From Candidatus Thiomargarita nelsonii (GTDB lineage Bacteria; Pseudomonadota; Gammaproteobacteria; Beggiatoales; Beggiatoaceae): a stretch of DNA of 64,000 nt. The stretch is from assembly GCA_000785145.2 (NCBI GenBank), contig JSZA02000037.1:1992-65991 (forward strand). Direction: 5' to 3'. The first letter of the stretch is position 1. Every line of letters starts with the position of its first letter. This document shows positions 19,493 through 29,007 of this stretch, piece after piece. The notes under the pieces are model-generated. The model saw nothing but the letters and a program-made list of their open reading frames with translations. It was not told where the DNA came from and searched no databases. Both the position numbers and the translations under genes were made by a program.

Positions 19493-20437
19493 TTACCATT
19501 TAAAACCTTCAGTATTTTTCTCCTCGCCTTCCTTTTCTACCGGCATCAAGTCCACCTTACTCACACCCAAACCCAGTGCGCTGGCACTCGCGATATAAAT
19601 CGAAGAATAGGTACCGATAATGACACCCAAGAGCAAAGCGGTCGAAAAGCCGTGAATCAATTCGCCACCAAAAATAAATAGAATAATCAACACCAAAGCA
19701 GTCGTCACCGACGTCATCACAGTACGCCCCAGCATTTGATTGATAGAAATATTCATCACATTGATCGACGCTTGTTTTCGCAATTTGACAAAATTTTCCC
19801 GAATACGATCAAATACAACGATAGTATCATTCAGAGAATAACCAATCACCGCCAACAACGCAGCTAACACGGTTAAATCAAATTCCAACCTAAACAGCGA
19901 AAAGAAACCCACGACGATGACCGTATCGTGTACTAATGCCGCTACCGCACCGATTGCAAAGCGATATTCAAAGCGAAAACCGACGTAAATCAAGATACCA
20001 ATCAAAGTATAGATGACAGCCAGCCCCCCCTTTTCAACCAATTCCTTGCCGATTTGTGGTCCCACATATTCGACACGACGCATATCGACTTTTTCACCAC
20101 CTTGTTGCAATAGGCGCAAAATTTTACTGCTTAAAGGCTCCTCTTTTGACTCTTCATGCACACCTAAACGAATCAAAACCTCCTTACTGCTGCCAAAATG
20201 TTGTACCACAGCATCAGGAAAACCATTTTCATGCAAAGTTTTTCGGATATCTTCAATATCTGCTGGCTGGCTATAACCCACCTCAACCAAGGTCCCCCCC
20301 GTGAAATCAATCCCAAAAACCAAACCTTGAACGAACAAAGAGCCTAAAGAAACGGCCATCAGTATGCCAGACAATAGCAGAGCTATGTGGCGTTTACCCA
20401 TAAAATCAAACTTATAATCAAATCGAGTTAAAAGCAT
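19493..20437 (-). CDS. secF: Protein translocase subunit SecF
   Basis: MLLTRFDYKFDFMGKRHIALLLSG..., typical SecF. The track start at 20488 is repeat-encoded, so ATG 20437 is used. Confidence 0.9.
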   Translation of the reverse strand: MLLTRFDYKFDFMGKRHIALLLSGILMAVSLGSLFVQGLVFGIDFTGGTLVEVGYSQPADIEDIRKTLHENGFPDAVVQHFGSSKEVLIRLGVHEESKEEPLSSKILRLLQQGGEKVDMRRVEYVGPQIGKELVEKGGLAVIYTLIGILIYVGFRFEYRFAIGAVAALVHDTVIVVGFFSLFRLEFDLTVLAALLAVIGYSLNDTIVVFDRIRENFVKLRKQASINVMNISINQMLGRTVMTSVTTALVLIILFIFGGELIHGFSTALLLGVIIGTYSSIYIASASALGLGVSKVDLMPVEKEGEEKNTEGFKW

Positions 20438-20628
20438 TTTTAATAAATTCCAAAAATAGGTTCGAGGGTTTCGGGAAATCCGCTCCATTCCCGAAACAAC
20501 GAAAAAAAATAGGAGTCCAAGATTTATCTTGGACGTGTTTACTGTCGAGAGTATCGGGAAATCCGCTCCGCGGAGCGAAATTCCCGATACAACGAAAAAT
20601 AGGAGTCCAAGATTTATCTTGGACGTGT
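20438..20628. repeat. secD-secF spacer filled by two composite units (CGGGAA hairpin + AACGAAAAA + GGAG hairpin)
   Basis: CGGGAA hairpins at about 20463-20500 and 20553-20592; GGAG hairpins at 20512-20534 and 20602-20624. Confidence 0.9.
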
Positions 20629-22464
20629 TTATACTGATAATTTATCCAGTTTTTTACCACCATATAAAAAATTAATCACACCACGACTGAGCATAATAGC
20701 AGTAAACATGGAAGTGATAATCCCCAAAGACAAAGTGATGGCAAAACCTTTAATCGGTCCTGTTCCAAAACCAAATAACATCAGCGCCGCAATTAAAGTC
20801 GTGATATTTGCATCAAATATCGTGACAAAAGCCTTTTCATAGCCAACATGGATACTATTCTGTGGACTATTACCATTGGCGATTTCTTCACGAATTTTCT
20901 CAAAAATCAAAACGTTAGCATCAACTGCCATACCTAAAGTCAACACAATACCCGCCATACCCGGCAAAGTCAGCGTCGCTTGCAACAAGGACAGCAAAGC
21001 CACCAAAATCACAACATTCATCAACAAAGCCAAATTCGCTACCATGCCAAACGTTTTATAGCGCATCCACATAAACAACATCACAGCTAGAAAACCAAGC
21101 ATGATGGACAATACGCCTAAATTAATATTTTCTTGACCCAAGCTTGGACCGATAGTGCGCTCTTCGATGATTTCCATCGGCGCTTTAAGTGCCCCCGCCC
21201 GCAATAACAAAGCAAGATTATTCGCTTCACTAGACGTTAAACCCGTCACTTGGAAATTTTTACCAAATTCCTCCTGAATGGTTGCCACATTAATGACTTC
21301 CTCAGATTTACTACGAGTTGTGACAGGTTTACCATCTACCTCTTTAGTCTTTATATGGTACTCCATAAAGACAACGGCCATCGGCTTACCGACATTTTTC
21401 CGAGTGATCATCAGCATACGTTTTGCGCCCTTATTATCCAAACGCACCACCGTTGCAGGGCGCCCACTGCGTTGATCAATTGTCGCAGCGGCATCAACGA
21501 TTTGATCACCCGTGGCGATAACACGGCGTTTCAACATCACAGGCGAACCATCACGCCGTTTATAAGAACGTGCCCCCAATTTCTCATCGTCATCAGCCAC
21601 CAAGCGAAATTCTAAAGTTGCGGTTGCGCCCAAAATCTCCTTAGCACGCGCCGTATCTTGTACACCGGGCAACTGTACAACAATACGCTCATCCCCCTGT
21701 CGTTGGATGACTGGCTCCGACACGCCCAACTCATTAACGCGATTACGCAAAGTGGTAATATTCTGCTCTAAAGCTTTTTGGCGATTTTCTATCAACGCCT
21801 TTTCAGTGAAAGCGAGATGCAAGCGATACTCATCTCCCTCATTAATCTCAGTGATGACCAAATCATCATACTCTATTTCAATGAGCTTTTTCGCTTGATC
21901 GCGTTTTTCAATATCGGCGACACTCACCAAAATGCCACCGTCACCACTAACATCACGACTAATACCCTTATAACGCAATTTATTCTCACGAAACAGGGTA
22001 CGCATTTCACCGATATATGTCTCCTCATCCTGACGAATCGCCGTTTCCATATCGACTTGCATTAAAAAATGCACCCCGCCGCGCAAATCTAAGCCTAAAT
22101 ACATCGCTTGTGCGCCCAACGCCCTCAACCAATCAGGGGTTGTGGAGGCCAAATTTTGTGCCACCACATATTTGGGCAGTGCCTCTTTCAGTACAGTAGA
22201 CGCTTTCAATTGCGTATTAGTATCTTTAAAACGGAATAACAATTGCCTTGGTGTCCTATCGACACGGATAAAACTGATATTGGCATTTTTGAGTTCAGCC
22301 TCGGCAGTCTCTTGCAGCGCCTGATCAATTTTCATATCCCGTGCATAAGCGGGAGAAATTTGCACCGCTGGATCCTCCCCAAATATATTGGGTAGTGCAT
22401 ACAAGCCACAAATAAAGATCACAGCAGCGATCAGTAAATATTTCCAAAGTGGGTAATGATTCAT
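20629..22464 (-). CDS. secD: Protein translocase subunit SecD
   Basis: MNHYPLWKYLLIAAVIFICGLYALPNIFGEDPAVQIS..., 611 aa. Confidence 0.92.
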   Translation of the reverse strand: MNHYPLWKYLLIAAVIFICGLYALPNIFGEDPAVQISPAYARDMKIDQALQETAEAELKNANISFIRVDRTPRQLLFRFKDTNTQLKASTVLKEALPKYVVAQNLASTTPDWLRALGAQAMYLGLDLRGGVHFLMQVDMETAIRQDEETYIGEMRTLFRENKLRYKGISRDVSGDGGILVSVADIEKRDQAKKLIEIEYDDLVITEINEGDEYRLHLAFTEKALIENRQKALEQNITTLRNRVNELGVSEPVIQRQGDERIVVQLPGVQDTARAKEILGATATLEFRLVADDDEKLGARSYKRRDGSPVMLKRRVIATGDQIVDAAATIDQRSGRPATVVRLDNKGAKRMLMITRKNVGKPMAVVFMEYHIKTKEVDGKPVTTRSKSEEVINVATIQEEFGKNFQVTGLTSSEANNLALLLRAGALKAPMEIIEERTIGPSLGQENINLGVLSIMLGFLAVMLFMWMRYKTFGMVANLALLMNVVILVALLSLLQATLTLPGMAGIVLTLGMAVDANVLIFEKIREEIANGNSPQNSIHVGYEKAFVTIFDANITTLIAALMLFGFGTGPIKGFAITLSLGIITSMFTAIMLSRGVINFLYGGKKLDKLSV

Positions 22465-22485
22465 ATATCCTCTCAGTTAAAAGAT

Positions 22486-22508
22486 GGAGTCCAAACTTTA
22501 GTTTGGAC
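22486..22508. repeat. GGAG-hairpin variant with AAACT/AGTTT stem
   Basis: GGAGTCCAAACTTTAGTTTGGAC between secD and yajC. Confidence 0.9.
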
Positions 22509-22516
22509 GTCCCTAT

Positions 22517-22846
22517 TTACAGCGTATTTTTCATCGTACCTTTAGGCATGACAGTGGCGATGGCTTGGCGTTGCACTTTGAGTTGCGTATTTGAGTCCAC
22601 CTCAAGCACGACAAAGTTATCACCAAGGCTAACGATTTTACCCAACAAACCGCCATTGGTAACGATTTCATCCCCTTTTGCCAACGACTCTACCATCTTT
22701 TTATGCTCTTTGGCTCGCTTAGTTTGGGGGCGTATCAGCAAAAAATAAAACACGACAAATAAAACAACCAACATCACGAGATTAATAATACCCGCGTCGG
22801 GTGCTTGTTCTGCTTGTGCCCAAGCGTTTTGAATCAAAAAATCCAT
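22517..22846 (-). CDS. yajC: Preprotein translocase subunit YajC
   Basis: 109 aa; ...LIRPQTKRAKEHKKMVESLAKGDEIVTNGGLLGKIV. Confidence 0.9.
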   Translation of the reverse strand: MDFLIQNAWAQAEQAPDAGIINLVMLVVLFVVFYFLLIRPQTKRAKEHKKMVESLAKGDEIVTNGGLLGKIVSLGDNFVVLEVDSNTQLKVQRQAIATVMPKGTMKNTL

Positions 22847-22896
22847 GTTGTATCCTCAGTGAATGAAAGCGGTGCATTATGCCATAATTTAGGCTC

Positions 22897-22916
22897 GTCC
22901 AAAATAAATTTTGGAC
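22897..22916. repeat. GGAG-hairpin variant with AAAAT/ATTTT stem
   Basis: GTCCAAAATAAATTTTGGAC. Confidence 0.85.
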
Positions 22917-23244
22917 GCCTACCAATTTTGAAAATTATGATATTAATTATATTTATAGTCAATAAAAATAATAAATTCTTTAAAATAAATTATTTATTGT
23001 CAGTGCTTTGATTTGGCGACGGTATTGATTTTTTAAATGCTTTATAATTTTGTCCATCAAACCTACCCTCGTTACCCTCGTTCCCACATTTATAAAAAAT
23101 ACATTTATTTTCAATAAATTTGTGTATAAGTGAGCGAAAACCACCCTACAATATCTCTTAACTTAATGGCATTTTTGCTTTTATTTTTTTTGATGATTTT
23201 ACTCGATGTTCAACAGTCTGTTAAAATAATTTCATGATACGAAA

Positions 23245-23267
23245 GGAGTCCAAGATTTATCTTGGAT
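23245..23267. repeat. GGAG-hairpin REP copy (one mismatch)
   Basis: GGAGTCCAAGATTTATCTTGGAT. Confidence 0.85.
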
Positions 23268-23294
23268 AAGGCTCAACTAATTAAATTAAATCTG

Positions 23295-26200
23295 ATGAAA
23301 ATACAAAAATTATTTCTCTACCTCATTGCCTGGGCTTTAATCAGCTCATGCGCCAATTTTCCAAACAACCTCAAAAACATTTTCCAGCCTAGTCCACAAG
23401 AAAATACAGAAATCGTTGATAATTCAGAAGAAACGATCCAAAGCGATGAGAGTGGCGACTATGTTATCCCAGAAGGGACATTAGAAAGTGCTGACAACAA
23501 TTATGGCGATTTCCTTATCCCAGAAAGGACATTAGAAAGCACCCCATCCAATCTTGAGCAACAAGAAAGCGTTGACACCGATGCTCCAGCCACCCAAGAA
23601 TTATCTCAAGATGAGCAACTCAAATTAGCTGACACTTATATCAGCCAAGTTGTCGAACATGTTCAAAAAGGGCGATTTCAAGAAGCCCTACCCCTGTCTC
23701 AAAAAGCCTTAAAGATAACAACTGAAATACTCGGAGAAAAGGACCCAGTCACTCTCTCGATCATGAATTATTTAGGCTTTATTTACCAAAACTTAGGGTA
23801 CTATTCAAAAGCCTTACCTTTTTTTGAAAAAGGCTATTCTCTTTCCAAAGAAGTATTAGGAGAAAAACATCCCAACACCCTCAGTCGCTTAAATAATTTA
23901 GCCGTTATTTATCGCTACCTCGGTCGCTTATCTGAAGCCCAGCCCTTGTTTGAAACCGCCTATCATGTTTCTAAAGATCAGTTAGGAGAACAAAATCCAT
24001 CCACCCTCAATCGCATGAATAATTTGGCGATTATTTACCAAGAATTAGGCCGCTTATCTGAGGCTTTGCCTTTGTTTGAAACCGCCTATCGTGTTTCTAA
24101 ACAAGTTTTAGGAGAAAAGCACTATTTAAACCTCACGATATTGGATAATTTTGCCTCCAGTTACAAAGACGTCGGTCGCTTAACTGAAGCCTTGTCTTTG
24201 TATGAAAAAAGTTATCATCTTTCTAAAGAAGTTTTTGGAGAAAACCAACCTCACACGCTCAACACCCTTAATAATTTAAGCTTAATTTATAAAGCATTAG
24301 GGCGCTTATCAGAAGCCTTGCCTTTAGCTGAAAAAAGCTATCATCTATCTAAAGAAATCTTAGGAGAAAAGCACCCTCATACGCTCAAACGCTTAAATCA
24401 TTTGGCTGATATTCACAAACGGCTAAACCACACAAGCAAAGCCTTATCTTTATTTGAAACTACCTATCATCTTTCTAAACAAGTCTTAGGAGAAAAGCAC
24501 CTTGACACCCTCACACGCCTAAATGATTTAGCTTTGATTTACCAACAATCAGATGACTTATCTCAGAGCTTGTCATTATTTAAAACCGGCTATGAACTTT
24601 CTAAAGAAAGCTTAGGAGAAAAACACTATTTAACGCTCACCTATCTCAACAACTTAGCTTTGACTTACCAAGACATAGGCAACTTATCTGAAGCCTTAGC
24701 CTTGTTTGAAAAAAGCTATTCACTTTCTCAAGAAGCGTTAGGAGAAAAGCACCCTGACACCCTCACCCGTTTAAATCAGTTAGCCTACGCAGACTTCAAA
24801 CAAGGCAATATTGAGCAAGCCATTCAACATCTTGAAAAATTAGTGAAAACGGTGGAAACGTTACGAAGTGGCGACTTATTCACAAAAAACCGCCAAAGCT
24901 TGTTTAAAGAATGGATAGAGGGTTATTTACTGCTTTCAAACTTATATATACAATATTACCCCCTATCAGCCTTTGATCTGGCCGAAATCATCAAAACCCG
25001 TCGCCTACTCGAAACCTTCAGCACCACCACTGGATTCACTGCCACGACGCAACAACAATTGCAATATTATAAAGCACAGATTATTTCTTTGAACCGTCGT
25101 CTAAAAACTCGCCTAGCAGAAAAAAGCCGTTTAGAGACAGAAAAAGAACAATTGGTCAAACAACTAGCCCAGTTCGAGGATGCTTTAAAAGCAAAATATC
25201 CCAAATATCAGCAAATCAGCAAAATGGAAATTGTCAGTGCCAAAGAGGGTATTCAATATTTGCCCGCAAATGCGGTATTTATCAGTTATCTCGTTTATAA
25301 AAATAAAGTCTTAGCCTTCACCCTCGGCAACGGCGTGCTCACGGCACACGACTTAGGAGAATTTTCCTCACTCGAAAAAGACTTGAAAACCTACCATCAC
25401 CAACTGGATGATAGGCTCAGCCGTGAACTAGGAAAGCGTTTATTAGGGCCACTTTTCGACAAGATCAAAGAATTTCCTCACTGGATTATTTCACCTTATG
25501 GTCCTTTAAACTTGATTCCATTTGAAACCTTACGCCTTGAAGAACCCCTGATTACCCAATATCAAATATCCTACGTGCAATCCCTCTCCATGTTAGCACT
25601 ATTACAACAACATCGTCCGGCTTACAAGCGAGACAGCTTATTGGCGATGGGGGCACCGATTTATAAAAATTCCAGCTACCAAGGAAATCCTAGCACAGTT
25701 GACTTTGAAATTGCCCGCAACCTTGTACAGAACAGCCATGATCCACAACGTTATAAACGAGCCTTTTGGCAACTTGATATCAACTGGAAAAATCTACCCG
25801 GCACTGAAAAAACCTTTGAAGAATTAGAAAAGCTCTTTAATGCGCCAGAGATCTACAAACAAGCTGATGCCACCGAGGCTAAACTACAAAACCTCAATAA
25901 ACAAGGCATACTCGCAAAATACCGTTATTTGCTATTCTCCACAGACAGCTACCTGAACGTGCCTGCCTTATCAAGCATCGTGTTGGGACAAGTCAACAAT
26001 CCAGAAGGGATTGATGGTTATGTCACCCTGGACGAATGGCCTGCTTATAATTTAAAGAGTGACTTGATCATGTTAACTGGCTCAGACTTAGGTATCAGCG
26101 ACGTGATGAGTTTGCCTTATGCGTTTTATGTCGCTGGCAATAAAAATACTATACTCACCTTATGGACGATCTCGGATGAAATAAGGACTCAGTTTATCAC

Positions 26201-26336
26201 TGAATTTTTTTCAAAACTCAAAACCGGCGTAGGCGCAGTTCAAGCATTGACAGCAACCAAGCGCGAATTTATCCAAAAGGGTGGACGCTATAGTCATCCG
26301 GCTTATTGGGCCGCTTTTGTGTTGTATGGTGTTTAA
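23295..26336 (+). CDS. Lipoprotein with ~10 TPR (kinesin-light-chain type) repeats and a C-terminal CHAT domain
   Basis: Lipobox LISSC. Repeated LGEKHPxTLxxLNNLAxIYxxLGRLSEALPLFE units. C-terminal HPAYWAAFVLYG, typical of CHAT. ATG 23295 is preferred over the repeat-borne TTG at 23262. Confidence 0.8.
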   Translation: MKIQKLFLYLIAWALISSCANFPNNLKNIFQPSPQENTEIVDNSEETIQSDESGDYVIPEGTLESADNNYGDFLIPERTLESTPSNLEQQESVDTDAPATQELSQDEQLKLADTYISQVVEHVQKGRFQEALPLSQKALKITTEILGEKDPVTLSIMNYLGFIYQNLGYYSKALPFFEKGYSLSKEVLGEKHPNTLSRLNNLAVIYRYLGRLSEAQPLFETAYHVSKDQLGEQNPSTLNRMNNLAIIYQELGRLSEALPLFETAYRVSKQVLGEKHYLNLTILDNFASSYKDVGRLTEALSLYEKSYHLSKEVFGENQPHTLNTLNNLSLIYKALGRLSEALPLAEKSYHLSKEILGEKHPHTLKRLNHLADIHKRLNHTSKALSLFETTYHLSKQVLGEKHLDTLTRLNDLALIYQQSDDLSQSLSLFKTGYELSKESLGEKHYLTLTYLNNLALTYQDIGNLSEALALFEKSYSLSQEALGEKHPDTLTRLNQLAYADFKQGNIEQAIQHLEKLVKTVETLRSGDLFTKNRQSLFKEWIEGYLLLSNLYIQYYPLSAFDLAEIIKTRRLLETFSTTTGFTATTQQQLQYYKAQIISLNRRLKTRLAEKSRLETEKEQLVKQLAQFEDALKAKYPKYQQISKMEIVSAKEGIQYLPANAVFISYLVYKNKVLAFTLGNGVLTAHDLGEFSSLEKDLKTYHHQLDDRLSRELGKRLLGPLFDKIKEFPHWIISPYGPLNLIPFETLRLEEPLITQYQISYVQSLSMLALLQQHRPAYKRDSLLAMGAPIYKNSSYQGNPSTVDFEIARNLVQNSHDPQRYKRAFWQLDINWKNLPGTEKTFEELEKLFNAPEIYKQADATEAKLQNLNKQGILAKYRYLLFSTDSYLNVPALSSIVLGQVNNPEGIDGYVTLDEWPAYNLKSDLIMLTGSDLGISDVMSLPYAFYVAGNKNTILTLWTISDEIRTQFITEFFSKLKTGVGAVQALTATKREFIQKGGRYSHPAYWAAFVLYGV

Positions 26337-26343
26337 TAAGATA

Positions 26344-26379
26344 AAAAAAATCCTATTTCTTAAAGAAATAGGATTTTTA
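26344..26379 (+). terminator. Stem-loop AAATCCTATTTC-TTAAA-GAAATAGGATTT + T-run after the TPR-CHAT gene
   Basis: 12-bp perfect stem. The same hairpin family recurs at 28949-28990 and 30281-30312. Confidence 0.6.
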
Positions 26380-26449
26380 GAGCGATTTAAAAAATCTTGA
26401 ACAAAGCTATTACTCGATGTTTAAGTTTTTTTGACTTGACATTGTTGTT

Positions 26450-26502
26450 GGAGTCCAAAGCTTTAGCTTTGGAAGAGACGTCCAAGATAAATCTTGGACT
26501 CC
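26450..26502. repeat. Two adjacent GGAG-hairpin copies (AAAGC variant, then canonical in inverted orientation)
   Basis: GGAGTCCAAAGCTTTAGCTTTGGA ... GTCCAAGATAAATCTTGGACTCC. Confidence 0.9.
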
Positions 26503-26608
26503 TTAAAATAAAAAAACTGCCCCGACGCTCCGCGTAGAATTACGTGGCTGCCTTGTTATTATTACGGCAGCCCTAATATTTATTGACTTAAAATTATGAG
26601 AAAAAAGC

Positions 26609-26923
26609 ATGGAAAATGACATATTATTTAACATAGGACAACTTATTTATCACAAAAAGTTTAACTACCGGGGCGTGATCATTGATGTTGATCCCCATTT
26701 TATGCTCACAGAACAGTGGTACCAAAAGATGGCAAACAGCCAACCACCCAAAGATCAACCTTGGTATCACGTCTTAGTGCATAATTCCGCCCAACAAACT
26801 TATGTAGCGCAACGCAACCTAACAGACGATAAAAGTCAAAAACCCATTAATCATCCAGAAATAGACCATCATTTTTCCGGATTTTCAGAAGGCAAATACA
26901 ATTTAGGACTAAGAATCAATTAA
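26609..26923 (+). CDS. hspQ: Heat shock protein HspQ (YccV-like hemimethylated-DNA-binding domain)
   Basis: FNIGQLIYHKKFNYRGVIIDVDP...QPWYHVLV...YVAQRNL. Confidence 0.8.
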   Translation: MENDILFNIGQLIYHKKFNYRGVIIDVDPHFMLTEQWYQKMANSQPPKDQPWYHVLVHNSAQQTYVAQRNLTDDKSQKPINHPEIDHHFSGFSEGKYNLGLRIN

Positions 26924-26929
26924 ATAATA

Positions 26930-26952
26930 GGAGTCCAAGATTTATCTTGGAC
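26930..26952. repeat. GGAG-hairpin REP copy
   Basis: Exact motif 6 nt after the hspQ stop. Confidence 0.9.
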
Positions 26953-26967
26953 GTCCAGGAGATTTTT

Positions 26968-27522
26968 ATGTGGATACGTCTAGGAATAATTTTTTTAATC
27001 ATTGTGCTCGCCATTATACTCACACGTCGGCAGAAAATATGGACTATAATTACCGTTATGGGCGGGCTCATTGTTGCCACCTATATTATATTAATTATTG
27101 GTGGGGGCATCCATCAATGGCAAAAGGAAAATCAAACAATACCACCACAACAGGTAGTAAACTCTTTCATACAAGACATCCATCCTGAATTAAGTCAAAA
27201 AATGACTGAAATTGCTGAAGAAATGGCACTGAGTACTCAAAAAATTCAACAATTACAGGACCTAAAAAAAGCCTTTCCAAACCAAGCTCAAATGATTGAA
27301 CAAAAAATTAATCAGTGGCAAACTTTGAAAAATCAACTAAGCCAAGTCTCCAATGATATTGAGCAGCGAGTTGAACAAGCATACGTTGCCTACAAAATTG
27401 ATGAAATACAGGGGAGAAAAAAATTCACCCTTATCTCACAAACACTCTTAAATCAAGCGAATGCCGTCTTGGCTAATGCAGACTCAACAAAATCTACTAT
27501 AGAGGCACAACTTGATGAATAG
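26968..27522 (+). CDS. Membrane-anchored coiled-coil protein, paralog of the next gene
   Basis: AGGAG RBS; N-terminal TM helices; the C-terminal 110 aa are about 50% identical to the product of 27515-27931. Confidence 0.5.
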   Translation: MWIRLGIIFLIIVLAIILTRRQKIWTIITVMGGLIVATYIILIIGGGIHQWQKENQTIPPQQVVNSFIQDIHPELSQKMTEIAEEMALSTQKIQQLQDLKKAFPNQAQMIEQKINQWQTLKNQLSQVSNDIEQRVEQAYVAYKIDEIQGRKKFTLISQTLLNQANAVLANADSTKSTIEAQLDE

Positions 27523-27931
27523 GGTTATTTTATTAATATTAATAATAACATTAAACCCTTTTGGATGTAACGAGACAGAAAAACAGGTTGATGTCCAAAA
27601 CAAAGTCAACGCCTTCATAATAGAGATGAATCCTGATCTCTACCAAAGCATGACTAGAATGAGAAAAGAAATTACGCTGGCTGATACAAAAATACAACAA
27701 CTTTACGAATTAAAAGGACTTTTTCCAAACCAACGCGAGATGATTGATAAGTCACTCAAACAGTGGCATGAACTTCGCAAGAATTTAAAGTTTACCTTGA
27801 ACAATATCTATGATAAAGTGGAGGCTGCTTATGTAGCATATAAAATTGATGAAATACAGGGCAAAAAGAAATTTAGCCTTTATCTCACAAGCGCTTTTAA
27901 AAGAGGCGAATACCGTCTTAGCGAATGCTGA
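27515..27931 (+). CDS. Coiled-coil lipoprotein paralog, apparent +1 frameshift near 27880
   Basis: Lipobox-like LNPFGC. The ATG overlaps the upstream stop (ATGAATAG). After KKFSL the homologous reading (ISQALLKEANTVLANAEITKTTIERELYE*) continues in another frame to 27971. Confidence 0.45.
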   Translation: MNRVILLILIITLNPFGCNETEKQVDVQNKVNAFIIEMNPDLYQSMTRMRKEITLADTKIQQLYELKGLFPNQREMIDKSLKQWHELRKNLKFTLNNIYDKVEAAYVAYKIDEIQGKKKFSLYLTSAFKRGEYRLSEC

Positions 27932-27963
27932 AATCACGAAAACAACCATAGAGAGAGAATTGT

Positions 27964-28572
27964 ATGAATAAGCTCAAATTTTTACCCTTGATCTTCATCC
28001 TGTTAATCCCCCTTGGATGTGGAGAGGAAGGAGTGGCGGCTATTGATGTCGTCAAAAAACGCATCACCAATCAGATTCAAGGTTTCATTGGAAAAGGTGA
28101 TATTGCCATCCAGAAGTACGAAAATAAGATAGGTAAAGTCAGAGACAACCTTATCAAGGTGAAAGTATCACGCAAATCGTTTGAACAGAAACTAGAGACG
28201 AGAAAAACGTCGCTTGCCTCTTACGAACAGAAGGGTGCCTCTGAGGCGAAAATCGAACTGTTGACAAACACGATTCAAGAGATGGAAACTTTTCTCCAAC
28301 AAGTTCAGACGGCAGAAAGCAAGTTGGAAAAAATGCTCAAAAAGCTGATTGACAATCTTGACTTAGTAAAAATAAAAGTAGCCGCTTTAGAAGCTAAGCG
28401 AGACATGCTTGATGCTATGCGTACTATTCAAGAGTACAGCAACATTGAAGGCGATGTTGATGATCTTGGTGGCAATATGGATAATACGCTTGAAGAGATG
28501 CAAAAGGAGATTTACGCGATTGAGGCGGAAATCGAAATAGATAATCTCCTGAGTCAGGCTGAAGGATTGTAG
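27964..28572 (+). CDS. Coiled-coil lipoprotein, PspA/IM30-like helical pattern
   Basis: Lipobox LIPLGC; 202 aa, almost entirely heptad-like; ALEAKRDMLDAMRTIQEY...TLEEMQKEIYAIEAE resembles the PspA C-terminal half (weak evidence). Confidence 0.35.
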   Translation: MNKLKFLPLIFILLIPLGCGEEGVAAIDVVKKRITNQIQGFIGKGDIAIQKYENKIGKVRDNLIKVKVSRKSFEQKLETRKTSLASYEQKGASEAKIELLTNTIQEMETFLQQVQTAESKLEKMLKKLIDNLDLVKIKVAALEAKRDMLDAMRTIQEYSNIEGDVDDLGGNMDNTLEEMQKEIYAIEAEIEIDNLLSQAEGL

Positions 28573-28590
28573 AGCAAGTCAATTTTTTAA

Positions 28591-28641
28591 GGAGTCCAAG
28601 ATTTATCTTGGGCACCTCGTCCAAAATAAATTTTGGACTCC
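28591..28641. repeat. Two adjacent GGAG-hairpin copies (canonical with mismatch + AAAAT variant)
   Basis: GGAGTCCAAGATTTATCTTGGG ... GTCCAAAATAAATTTTGGACTCC. Confidence 0.9.
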
Positions 28642-28654
28642 TGAGTTTTTTTTT

Positions 28655-28892
28655 GTAGGGTGGGTAGAGCGGAGCGAAACCCACCATTGTTATAAATTTA
28701 CGCCCGGATCTTCGTTTCAACTATTTGGTGGGTTGGGCGTCCCATAACGATGTTGCGCGGGCAACCATAAAGGATTGCCCCTACAATATTCAGATGGCAT
28801 GTAGGGGCAATCCCTTGTGGTTGCCCTTGGTATTTTATTTTTTGGGAGTTACCTAAGTTGGTGGATACGCTGGTGCTTAATCCACCCTACAT
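28655..28892. repeat. Nested cluster of GTAG-headed REPs (GTAGGGTGGGTA, GGGCAACC/GTAGGGGCAA pair, GGTGGAT)
   Basis: Direct reading; elements of three families are interleaved. Confidence 0.8.
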
Positions 28893-28948
28893 AGCTTTGG
28901 ACTCCAACAACTTTGGAGATGTCAAGTCAAAAAAAAAACTTGAACATC

Positions 28949-28990
28949 GAGTCTATAGAAATCCTATTTTTTAAAAAAATAGGATTTCTT
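28949..28990 (-). terminator. Same hairpin family downstream of the 29008-29538 lipoprotein gene
   Basis: AGAAATCCTATTTTTT / AAAAAATAGGATTTCT; the T-tail is weak. Confidence 0.4.
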
Positions 28991-29007
28991 TGAAAGTTGA
29001 AAAATAA

